64,000 nucleotides of DNA. It comes from Cloacimonetes bacterium UBA6081. GTDB lineage: Bacteria > Cloacimonadota > Cloacimonadia > Cloacimonadales > Cloacimonadaceae. Location of the stretch: NCBI GenBank assembly GCA_002428685.1, contig DIXL01000034.1:49-64048 (forward strand). Direction: 5' to 3'. The notes beneath the pieces were generated by a model, which did no database searches, was not told the origin of the DNA, and saw nothing but the letters and a program-made list of their open reading frames with translations. Every line of letters begins with the position of its first letter. The first letter of the stretch is position 1. The position numbers and the translations under genes were made by a program. Positions 19,133-27,516 of this stretch are shown one piece after another.

Positions 19133-19251
19133 AATCTGCCTGATTTTTAGCAGGCGATCGGCATACGAACTACTCTCAATCGTTAGTTCTGAAAGCCTTT
19201 GTCCTAGTTCCTCAGCTCTTGATAAGTTTAAAATACTTATTTCTCTTAGAA

Positions 19252-19497
19252 TTAGGAATTAGCTCTTTTTTTCTTCTTGATGCCAAATATATTCGTCTTT
19301 ATCCAAGCCCAATTTAGATAAATATGAATCAAAGCCACAAAAAAGAACAATATCCCTGATAACTGATGCATTACAGCCAGCGTTTCTGTTCCTCTCCAAG
19401 CCGCAGGACCAAATTTATACAGCCCTGCTACGATAATTGTGAGTAGAAATAGCGTCGCTAAAATGGGATTAATGAATTTCAAGGCAGTGTTTTTCAT
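19252..19497 (-). CDS. small two-helix membrane protein (DUF4405-like)
   Basis: 81 aa with two hydrophobic helices and a basic tail (KKKKRANS). It overlaps the ftsY stop by 4 nt. Confidence 0.5.
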   Translation of the reverse strand: MKNTALKFINPILATLFLLTIIVAGLYKFGPAAWRGTETLAVMHQLSGILFFFVALIHIYLNWAWIKTNIFGIKKKKRANS

Positions 19498-20450
19498 GCT
19501 TCTTCCTCCATGTTTTCGTTTTCTATCGCAAAAAATGCTTTAATAAAATCTACCACTTTAAAGCCCATCAAGTCTTCAATTCCTTCCCCCACACCCAATA
19601 ATTTTACAGGTAACTTCAAATTATGCCGAAGGTTGAGAATAATTCCGCCCTTTGCAGTCCCATCATATTTGGTAAGGGCAATACCGGTTAAGTGTATGGA
19701 CTTGTCAAAATTCATGGCTTGCGAAATGGCGTTTTGTCCGGTTGTTGCATCTACCACCAAAATTGCTTCGTGTGGTGCTTCCGGTAACAGTTTTTTAATG
19801 GTTCTATCAATTTTCCCCAGCTCTTTCATCAGGTTTTCTTTGGTATGCTGGCGTCCGGCTGTGTCTATTAAAACTACATCGTATCCTTTTGACAGGGCGG
19901 AATTTATGCCGTCATAAATCACCGATGAAGGGTCGCTATCTGCCTGAGAACGAATTATTGATACTCCAGCCCGATCTGCCCAAATTGCAATTTGCTCAAT
20001 TGCCGCAGCTCTAAAAGTATCGCCCGCTACAATCAAAACTTTCTTTCCCATCTGAGCAAATTTGTAGGCTACTTTGCCAATAGTGGTAGTTTTTCCGGTG
20101 CCGTTAACTCCCACAAAAACAATTACATGCGGCTTATTTGGAGTAGAGGTAAAGAAATCGGGCGGGTCTTCATCTGCGGCTATCAGCATATCACGCATGA
20201 TATCAACCAGATAAATCTGCACTATCTCTGCATCGGTGATTTTCTCGTTGCGGATTTGCTCTCGCAAGGTCTGCAATATCAGTTCTGTCATTTCTACGCC
20301 GGTATCACATCTCAGCAAGATATCTTCAATTTCTTCCAACAGTTCTTCATCCACCTTACCACGCAAGCGGACAGCTTCTGCAATTTTCCCAATGAAACCA
20401 CTTTTGGTTTTTGATAGTTTTTGTCTCAGATTTCGGACAATACCAAGCAC
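19494..20450 (-). CDS. ftsY: signal recognition particle receptor FtsY
   Basis: NG domain motifs VGVNGTGKTTTIGK, DTAGR and TKYDGTAKGG. Confidence 0.9.
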   Translation of the reverse strand: MLGIVRNLRQKLSKTKSGFIGKIAEAVRLRGKVDEELLEEIEDILLRCDTGVEMTELILQTLREQIRNEKITDAEIVQIYLVDIMRDMLIAADEDPPDFFTSTPNKPHVIVFVGVNGTGKTTTIGKVAYKFAQMGKKVLIVAGDTFRAAAIEQIAIWADRAGVSIIRSQADSDPSSVIYDGINSALSKGYDVVLIDTAGRQHTKENLMKELGKIDRTIKKLLPEAPHEAILVVDATTGQNAISQAMNFDKSIHLTGIALTKYDGTAKGGIILNLRHNLKLPVKLLGVGEGIEDLMGFKVVDFIKAFFAIENENMEEEA

Positions 20451-20477
20451 TATTTTCTCCCATCATTATGATTATTA

Positions 20478-20505
20478 TTGACACAGTTATGCTGTGCGTT
20501 AAAAT
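20478..20505 (+). promoter_or_regulatory. sigma70-like promoter candidate TTGACA-N16-TAAAAT
   Basis: TTGACA at 20478-20483 and TAAAAT at 20500-20505, in the divergent region between ftsY and the membrane-protein gene. The track ORF start at 20478 is the TTG of this -35 box. Confidence 0.5.
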
Positions 20506-20591
20506 TGCACCACAGCCTTGGACGTCAACATAATTCTGTTAAAATGACATTTATCCCCAGTGTGTTCATGGCAAAAAAGGATTTTATTTAT

Positions 20592-21212
20592 ATGGAACGA
20601 ACCAAGCTTATGCCCCGCCATCTACTGCTGATTGCTGTGCCTCTGGTAGTTGCTTTTTTAGGTGGCTTGCTCTTTAGCGGAAACTTTAATAGTTTCATGC
20701 AGGAAAAGGGCGGAATCAGCACTGCTCAACAGTTTATTGGGATCAGTTTGCTGTGTGGTGCCTTGGCTTTCAGTTGGAAGTGTTTGCCCAAACCCTTCAG
20801 TTGGGCAATAATTATCTTCAGCCCTTTGCTTTTGGCATTATTGACTATCCTGAAAACAGGTGGCGGCCAGAACCTGGCTATTACTTTTATGCTTAATCTG
20901 CTGTTTACGGTTGGGCTGTGGGGAGTGTTGCAACTAACCTTTTTCGCCAAATCGATGCTGAAAATCCGCACTGCTGCTTTTGCTCTGTTGGCTTCGGTTT
21001 TGCTTACTCTTTACTTTCGGGTTCTGTTCATTTTCCTAAAAATACCCTTTAGCAAAGCAGATTGGACTACATATTTTATGAATGCCCTCTTTCTGTTTAT
21101 TTTCATTGGTTTTGGGCTTTCCCTGGCAGACGTGTCCATCATTCGCAAGGAAGTAGAGGAAGCAAAAAGACAAAAGAGAACCCAAGAGGATGACGAAACC
21201 GATGATCAGTGA
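20592..21212 (+). CDS. polytopic membrane protein, unknown function
   Basis: Several hydrophobic helices and an acidic C-terminus (QEDDETDDQ). The start is uncertain: ATG at 20568, 20592 or 20610. The 20592 ATG follows AAGGA. Confidence 0.55.
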   Translation: MERTKLMPRHLLLIAVPLVVAFLGGLLFSGNFNSFMQEKGGISTAQQFIGISLLCGALAFSWKCLPKPFSWAIIIFSPLLLALLTILKTGGGQNLAITFMLNLLFTVGLWGVLQLTFFAKSMLKIRTAAFALLASVLLTLYFRVLFIFLKIPFSKADWTTYFMNALFLFIFIGFGLSLADVSIIRKEVEEAKRQKRTQEDDETDDQ

Positions 21213-21828
21213 CGGAGACTATTTCATAATTAAAACTCCGACTGGCGATAACGGTAAAAGCCAAATGCTTGATTTAGAGGGGATTTTCCCCAAAATTCAA
21301 CCTCTGTATCTGGAAATAGGCAGCGGGAAAGGCGAATTTATTTCTTCTTATTCCATTCAAAACCCGGCATTTAACATCCTTGGTTTGGAAGCAGCCAGCA
21401 AAAGAATCAATAACACCCTAAAAAAGCTTAGCCCGGACAGGCATCCCAATGTTCGCCTCATGCGTGTGTTTGTGGATGAATCTATCAAGGATATCTTTCC
21501 GGCGGAGTCTGTTTCGGGAGTATTTATCCAACATCCGGACCCCTGGCCAAAACGCAAACATCATCGTCGCCGTTTGATTCAGCCAGGCTTTCTGAATGCC
21601 CTGGCTCATATCTTAAAACCAGATGCACAAATCCAAATCTCTACTGACCACAGCGGTTATGCAGCCTGGATTTTGGAAGAGTTTTTGGCAAATCCATGCT
21701 ATATATCTGTGTTCGATGATCCCCTTCGTCAGCAATCAACTTTTGAAGATCATATCACTACCTGGTTTGAAGCAGAGCAACGCCGCCAGGGTTTTGACCC
21801 CCAATTCATGCTTTTCAAACGCATTTAG
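21190..21828 (+). CDS. trmB: tRNA (guanine-N7)-methyltransferase
   Basis: LEIGSGKGEF SAM-binding motif and FIQHPDPWPKRKHHRRR, both typical of TrmB. Confidence 0.85.
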   Translation: MTKPMISDGDYFIIKTPTGDNGKSQMLDLEGIFPKIQPLYLEIGSGKGEFISSYSIQNPAFNILGLEAASKRINNTLKKLSPDRHPNVRLMRVFVDESIKDIFPAESVSGVFIQHPDPWPKRKHHRRRLIQPGFLNALAHILKPDAQIQISTDHSGYAAWILEEFLANPCYISVFDDPLRQQSTFEDHITTWFEAEQRRQGFDPQFMLFKRI

Positions 21829-21838
21829 GAGATACCAC

Positions 21839-23530
21839 ATGAGCTACGATTTTAGCCCTAATCACGACGTTAACAAAATGCTGAACAACGTGGTGCAAAG
21901 CATTACACATCTTGCCGAAGAGCAGCTATTGCACATCAAACGTCTCACCAGAATTGGCGAATCACTATCTTCCGAAACCGATCTGGACAAAATCTTCGAC
22001 ATGATTCTGGAAGAAGGCATCGAATTCACCCGTGCCGATGCAGCAACTATTTATAAGGTAACTGAAGATGGACAATTTCTGGAATTTGAAATTGTTTACA
22101 ACGCCACTCTGAATATGAGGCTGGGCGGGACAAGAGGTATGGTAAACTGGCACAAAATTCAGCTCTATGACGCCGATGGTAAGCCGAATAGCAACAAAAT
22201 TGTAACCAGCGTCTATCACAACAAGATTAGCCTTTGTTTTGACGATGTATATGAAACCCAAGACTATGACATCAGCGGAACCATCCATACTGATATAGAA
22301 AACAATTACCGCTGCAAGTCCATGCTGACCATACCCTTAAAAAACCACGAAGACGAAGTTTTGGGCGTAATCCAATTTATCAATGCCATGGATGAGGCCA
22401 AAAACATCGTCTCTTTTACCGATGAACATAAGGCCATGCTATCTTCTTTGGCCTCACAAGCAGCAATTGCCTTGTCCAACCGCAAACTGATCCAGAGCCT
22501 GGAAGACCTTTTAAACCAGTTCATGCGCTCAATTGCAGGTGCCATCGAAAAGAAGACCAAATACACTTCGGATCATATCACCAGAGTGGCCACCCTCACA
22601 GAGCTTTTATCTGCCAAAATTAATGAAGCTCCTCCAGAATACTTCGGTGGCCGCCGCTTTTCCGAGAACGAACTGAAAGAGCTTTCAATGGCAGGGTGGA
22701 TGCATGATGTGGGCAAGATTATCACTCCCGAATACATCATGGATAAAAGCACTAAACTGGAAACCATTACAGATAGAATAGAGCTTGTAACGCTGCGCTT
22801 GGAAAAGATAGATTTGCTTCTATCATGTTTATCTACAAGTATTAGTGCTGATGAATTTAATAGTTTTGTTCAAGAACATATCGATAATGATATGGATATT
22901 AGCAATTTCCATGAGTTAATGGCAGATTCCATCGCTTTTTTAACTAAGTTCAATTTTGGGGAAGAGTTTGTAGCCGAAGAGGATTTACAGCGGGTGGAGC
23001 GAATTTCGAACATAGACTTTGAGTATAGTGGCAAACGCTACTACGTTTTCACCGAAGACGAAAAGAAAAACATGATGATTAAAGGGCGTGGAACCCTTAC
23101 CGGAGCGGAATATCAGATTATGAAAGACCATGCTTCCATCACTTGGGATATGCTTTCTCAGCTCACTTTTCCCAAGAAGTATAAAAACGTGGCCTTCTAT
23201 GCCTCCACTCATCACGAAGCTTTGAATGGCAAAGGTTATCCCCGTGGAATTGGCGCAGATGAACTTCCCATTCAATCACGCATTCTCGCTGTGGCAGATA
23301 TTTTTGAAGCTCTGACAGCTTCCGACAGACCCTATAAAAAAGCTAAAACTCTTTCCGAATCGCTTACCATGATGGCAGTTATGACCAAGGATGGTCATTT
23401 GGACAAAGATTTGGTCAGTTATTTTCTGGATTCCGGATTATATCTGGAATATGCCAATCGCTTTATGAAACCTGAATACATCGACAAGGTGGATATCGCA
23501 GCTCTGAAAGCAAAATATACCAGCCTATGA
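21839..23530 (+). CDS. GAF-domain HD-GYP phosphodiesterase (cyclic-di-GMP signalling)
   Basis: HD motif WMHDVGKI and HHEALNGKGYPRG (GYP). The ATG at 21839 (MSYDF) is chosen because the longer track ORF (21623) overlaps trmB. Confidence 0.8.
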   Translation: MSYDFSPNHDVNKMLNNVVQSITHLAEEQLLHIKRLTRIGESLSSETDLDKIFDMILEEGIEFTRADAATIYKVTEDGQFLEFEIVYNATLNMRLGGTRGMVNWHKIQLYDADGKPNSNKIVTSVYHNKISLCFDDVYETQDYDISGTIHTDIENNYRCKSMLTIPLKNHEDEVLGVIQFINAMDEAKNIVSFTDEHKAMLSSLASQAAIALSNRKLIQSLEDLLNQFMRSIAGAIEKKTKYTSDHITRVATLTELLSAKINEAPPEYFGGRRFSENELKELSMAGWMHDVGKIITPEYIMDKSTKLETITDRIELVTLRLEKIDLLLSCLSTSISADEFNSFVQEHIDNDMDISNFHELMADSIAFLTKFNFGEEFVAEEDLQRVERISNIDFEYSGKRYYVFTEDEKKNMMIKGRGTLTGAEYQIMKDHASITWDMLSQLTFPKKYKNVAFYASTHHEALNGKGYPRGIGADELPIQSRILAVADIFEALTASDRPYKKAKTLSESLTMMAVMTKDGHLDKDLVSYFLDSGLYLEYANRFMKPEYIDKVDIAALKAKYTSL

Positions 23531-24489
23531 TCACCAAACTTTTTGCCAAACCTTTGCTCTATCTTGCTCCCTTGGCTGGCTATACAGATCAACCCTACCG
23601 TTTGCTATGCAAAGAATGGGGAGCAGAAGTTCTTATCAGCGAAATGGTTAGTGCTGATGGTCTGATCCGTGATTCTGCCAAAACAGTCCAATTCATCAAT
23701 TTTGCTGCAGCAGAACGTCCCTTTGGCATTCAAATCTTTGGGCATGATGCACTTACAATGGCCAAAGCAGCGGAATTCATAGTACCCTATCAGCCGGATT
23801 TTATCGATATAAACATGGGTTGTCCGGTTAAAAAGGTCGTGCGTAGAGGAGCTGGTAGTGCTTTGATGCAAGCCCCTGCTCTGGCAGCTCAAATTGTCCG
23901 GGAAGTAAAAAGTGCTCTTTGTGGTCAAATACCCTTAAGCGTAAAATTCCGCAGTGGTCGGGATCTGCAAAGCCTTAACTATATTGACTTCGGCCTCCTT
24001 ATGCAAGATAGCGGAGCAGATTTTATCACTCTTCATCCCAGAACTGCCAAACAGATGTTTGCGGGAAAAAGCAACTGGGAGCATATTGCAGCCTTGAAAG
24101 CCAAAGTCCATATTCCCGTGATTGGCAATGGCGACATCACAACCCCCGAGGAAGCCTCACAGATGCTTTCGCAAACGCATTGCGATGGACTGATGATAGG
24201 CCGCGGAGCCTTGGGTAAACCCTGGTTTTTTAAACAGTGTCGCGATTTTCTGTCCCTGGGCAGCTATGCACCCATCACCAAAACGCAACTACTGGACACT
24301 GTTCTAAAGCACATTGACAACGCTCTGCTTTTTAAACGTGAAATTGTGGTTGTGCGGGAAATGCGTTCACAACTGTGTTTTTACACCAAAGGTCAGCTTG
24401 GCGGAGCGGAACTTCGCAATAAAATAAACCACACCGAGACAGCAGACGAGCTTAAGAACTTACTGATAAATGGTTTGGACAGTCTGTAG
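23527..24489 (+). CDS. dus: tRNA-dihydrouridine synthase
   Basis: LAPLAGYTDQPYR, DINMGCPVKKV and HPRTAKQ motifs of the Dus/NifR3 family. ATGA overlap with the upstream gene. Confidence 0.85.
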   Translation: MITKLFAKPLLYLAPLAGYTDQPYRLLCKEWGAEVLISEMVSADGLIRDSAKTVQFINFAAAERPFGIQIFGHDALTMAKAAEFIVPYQPDFIDINMGCPVKKVVRRGAGSALMQAPALAAQIVREVKSALCGQIPLSVKFRSGRDLQSLNYIDFGLLMQDSGADFITLHPRTAKQMFAGKSNWEHIAALKAKVHIPVIGNGDITTPEEASQMLSQTHCDGLMIGRGALGKPWFFKQCRDFLSLGSYAPITKTQLLDTVLKHIDNALLFKREIVVVREMRSQLCFYTKGQLGGAELRNKINHTETADELKNLLINGLDSL

Positions 24490-24757
24490 ATAATTATAAG
24501 TTAAGCTCAATTTCACCTGTCTAATCACTGCCATAACATTTTCCTTAACTCCTTAGCCCAACTTTACCACAGACAGTAGTTATATACTTGCCCTACAAAT
24601 ACATACATTTTTATGGGGGACTACATTTTCCCATTTTTTCTGGGTTTTATACGAGGGTTTGGGTTTAGGTTTAATGCATTATAAATCAATAAATGCGATG
24701 GATCTGCCTTGGAATTGATTCGCTTTGAATACATCTTTTTGTGAGTTGTAAGGCCAG

Positions 24758-25347
24758 TTACTGTAACTCTTCTATGATTTGATAATGTGCTTCTGCTCGT
24801 AGGCCGGTTTGGTGGTAGATTGGGCGAAAAGCAAGCTCATGTTTCAAACTTCTAAATGCAGATTCAATCCTCTTGAGCATCATATAAGTTTCCCATATTT
24901 TGCGCTCATTCCATTTTAAGAGGTTGGTTCTAAGCCAGTAGGTTCCCGAAAAACGTAAATCCTCTTCCTGTTGCTTAATTTTATGAAAATCAATGCTTAC
25001 TGCCTTGCCATTGCTTTCTTTTACGTCTATGTGATAAAAATGGCTAACAAAGGGATAGCACTCTCGCAATCTTCCTATTCTTTCCTGTATCTTCCCATCA
25101 GACTTGTTGCTATATCTCTTTGTAAGAGTGGGGATAATGTTGCTCAAGTCATCCTCAAACTTTTTGCAGAAGCTGTCCTGGATGGCTCTCTCTTTGAATT
25201 CCATTTTCTTACTGTGGCAAAAGAGCAATACCTCATTATCAAGCTTGTATATCTTCGCTGTTACAAGGTTTTCTTTGTCCTTATAACCTCAATCATGCCT
25301 TCATCACTTTTGCTGTTTTTGCTTGCAAAATCGCTAAAATTTGTCAT
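24758..25347 (-). pseudogene. internal fragment of an IS4/IS1634-type DDE transposase, frameshifted
   Basis: FRSLKHELAFRPIYHQTGLRAEAH matches the conserved ...LK..L..RP.YH motif. The frame breaks near the A-run at about 25270 (MTNFSD...VIRTKK continues as ENLVTAKIYKLDNEVLLFCHS). N-terminal region, C-terminal region and terminal repeats are all missing. Confidence 0.7.
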
Positions 25348-25367
25348 TTTCGCTTTGGCAGTGGTAA

Positions 25368-25526
25368 AGTTGGGTGAAGGGGCAGTTGGTAACCACACAC
25401 AACATGACGGCGCAAACCAAACATGTCAGCATCCCCTTTGCCGGCTACGCTTCCGGAGTATATCTGGCACGTTTGCATACCAAAACCGGCTTTTCCAAAA
25501 CCATACGTTTTAATTTGCTTAAATAG
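25368..25526 (+). pseudogene. orphan 3' remnant of a gene encoding a T9SS C-terminal sorting domain
   Basis: The frame opening at 25368 reads SWVKGQLVTTHNMTAQTKHVSIPFAGYASGVYLARLHTKTGFSKTIRFNLLK*. This is comparable to the tails at 40680-40941 and 26196-26400. It abuts the transposase fragment and has no upstream body. Confidence 0.7.
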
Positions 25527-25626
25527 ACTGCTGGATAATTAGAGCATATAAAGTTGGAAGGTCAGGTAAGCATCCGTAATCTCTATTCTGCAAAAAGTTC
25601 CGTATCACTCCCTTATAAGCATTCCT

Positions 25627-25680
25627 ATATCATTGCCATATCATTCCCAATATTATTGACATTGATACGGGAATGATATG
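25627..25680. repeat. 12-bp perfect inverted repeat CATATCATTCCC / GGGAATGATATG around a TTGACA, plus adjacent direct half-repeat
   Basis: Arms at 25637-25648 and 25669-25680, with TTGACA at 25656-25661 in the spacer. ATATCATTGCC (25627-37) is directly repeated as ATATCATTCCC. Confidence 0.8.
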
Positions 25681-25980
25681 GGAATTCATGCAAGGAACAA
25701 CCTCGTTTGACCTAAAAAGAGCGAGGACCTTTGATTTGCAGTTGCAACGCTCACTTCAAGGCTTTTTGCTCATTATACAATCACAAATCCGCTCTTTTTG
25801 GGTTAAACGGAGTAGTAGTATCAGTTTTCGAAACAAGGATTTTAGGATTAAAGGGGAAAAAGGATTAGTAGAATTTCTGCTTTGCATTAATCATCCTGTT
25901 TTCACATGATCCACCGCACACTAAAAATTCAACGCCTATAATCCTGAAATCCTCGCAAGTAAACCCAGATGTGCACTTCC

Positions 25981-26156
25981 GTTTTAATGCAAAACGAGCG
26001 TTATGTTACCGTATAAATTGGGGTAAGCAGATAAACTTCAGTTGCAGTTATGAACAGGGAGTCGCTCTCGTTTAACATCAAAACTGTCTTCAGTTGCAGA
26101 CATGAATCAAGGAGCCGCTCTCGTTTTGCATCAAAACTACCTTCGGTTGTTGCCCT
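25981..26156. repeat. 2.3 copies of a 52-53-bp tandem repeat plus an upstream inverted partial copy
   Basis: Units start at 26036, 26088 and 26141 (CTTCAGTTGCAG..ATGAA..GGAG.CGCTCTCGTTT..CATCAAAACT). GTTTTAATGCAAAACGAGCG (25981-26000) is the reverse complement of the unit's 3' part. Confidence 0.8.
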
Positions 26157-26195
26157 TTGCCCAAAAATGCTTATAAACTGTCTATTTTGCTATCA

Positions 26196-26942
26196 TTACT
26201 TTCTGAGTAGAGCTCTTGCCTTGTTGGTTGGAAGGCGCACAAGGTAAACACCATTTGGTAAATCAGGAACAATTAGCTCCACTACCCCTTTTTGCCAGTC
26301 GGTATCCCTTAGTTCGCTCTTCATTACTAACTGTCCCTTCATGTTGTAGATGCAGAAATTATCCGGGGATGGAAGGCTGTTCTCAGATTTGATTATAGAT
26401 ATCCCCAACCTTCCATGCTGCACGGGATTGGGATAAATATTCAAGTTCCACCCCTCACTCTGCACTGCTGGAATAACCTCATCCTCCACGCCCACTGCCG
26501 AATCCTGCAACAGAGTATTGCCGGAATAGATGTAAACCTTGCCGTTTGTAAGGGACGGTTGGCCTTCAAAATACCACGGGGCAGATATGGCAAGATCGCA
26601 AAGTGCGTCCCCAATGAAATCCCCCGTGGCCTTAGCCCAGCCAAAATTACAGTATTCGTAGTTCGAAGGTGGCCAGAGAAAGAGGTCAATATCGCCGTTT
26701 AGGTAGCTATTGCTTGTTTCCACCCAGATACCCACCTGTCCGCTATGTCCATTTATAACGGTATCGGAACCCACAATATCGTCTTTGCCGTCTCCATTCA
26801 GGTCTCAGTAAACAAGCGGATTTCCGCCATTGTGCTCCAGAGTTTGCCACTCATGAAGATGGGAGTTGTAATTCAATCTGAGGTTATGCGATGCGTGGGA
26901 AAGACTTTTGCAATTCAACAAGAATAAATTCTTCAAAATGTA
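26196..26942 (-). pseudogene. 5'-truncated FG-GAP-repeat protein with T9SS C-terminal domain and an in-frame TGA
   Basis: The C-terminus IYPNPVQ...IYNMKGQLV...LPNGVYLVRL is a T9SS tail. DLNGDGKDDIVGS and GDFIGDALCDLAIS are FG-GAP repeats. An in-frame TGA lies at 26807-26805, and the frame is open up to 26942 with no signal peptide or start. Confidence 0.7.
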
Positions 26943-27425
26943 TCAAGAAGAAGTTATGGTTCCGATTGGAGATTGGGCTCAGAAAAGGCTTTCAAGTCTC
27001 AGTGAAACTGATAAAACAAGAGATATATCCAAGGTTGGTTGCGGAATTGGGGTAATAGCAGACAGATATCCAAAATGAAAGATGACTTTAATAAAGCGAC
27101 TCGCATTCTCCGAACAAGCAGCAACCAAGTAGCACTTATTGCTATAAACGGATGCTGTTATGGTAAAGACGATTTACCAGATAAGGGGAGTTATTTCAAA
27201 TATTGTGGACAGTGCTTCTGGGAATTTCTTTCAGGAGATTCTGAATTATACACTAAGATCATTGTTCCTTTGGGGCATAAAGCTAAAGAAAAGAATGATA
27301 ATTTTATGACTGAATACTCTAAAGTACTGAATAACTTCACGGCACAATTCATTGCTGATTTCTGTGAAGACGGAGAAATTAACTGGAAGAAGCTTCTCGA
27401 ATATAATTCTGGGAAAAAGACATGA
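26938..27425 (+). pseudogene. frameshifted, 5'-truncated restriction-endonuclease-like fragment (recalled as PmeII-like; unverified)
   Basis: Frame a (26938-27078) reads ...PIGDWAQ...TRDISKVG. Frame b (27039-27425) reads NWGNSRQISKMKDDF...NGCCYGKDD...YFKYCGQCFWEFLSGDSELYTKIIVPLGH...INWKKLLEYNSG. The join requires a shift near 27040. The region looks A+T rich, and no methyltransferase is nearby. Confidence 0.4.
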
Positions 27426-27516
27426 CAGATAGATTTGCGATTAATGTAAGTCCTTGATATATATACACTTGATTAATAGTATTTTTGTAACCCTTTAGTT
27501 TGTTCAGAAAAGCTTA

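Noticed and set aside
21623-21838. Long N-terminal extension of the HD-GYP protein (track start 21623)
   Set aside because: It overlaps the 3' third of trmB in another frame. The ATG at 21839, just after the trmB stop, gives a sensible N-terminus.
24613-24639. Intrinsic terminator after dus (ATGGG-N12-CCCAT followed by TTTTTT)
   Set aside because: The stem is only 5 bp with a 12-nt loop and lies 120 nt past the stop. This is marginal at best.
25673-25909. 78-aa ORF in the non-coding core of the islet
   Set aside because: It has no RBS and no recognisable family, and its start lies within the inverted repeat. The sequence (MIWEFMQGTTSFDLKRARTFDLQ...) looks like random translation. An RNA product is not excluded.
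26036-26156. CRISPR array
   Set aside because: The 52-53-bp units are directly adjacent with no spacers. There are only 2.3 copies, the units differ at several positions, and no cas genes are in the window.
26805-26807. TGA recoding (selenocysteine or Gly/Trp reassignment) in the FG-GAP gene
   Set aside because: TGA is used as an ordinary stop by many intact genes here, including several ATGA overlaps. No SECIS-like hairpin is seen, and the gene is also 5'-truncated, so a pseudogene is the simpler reading.
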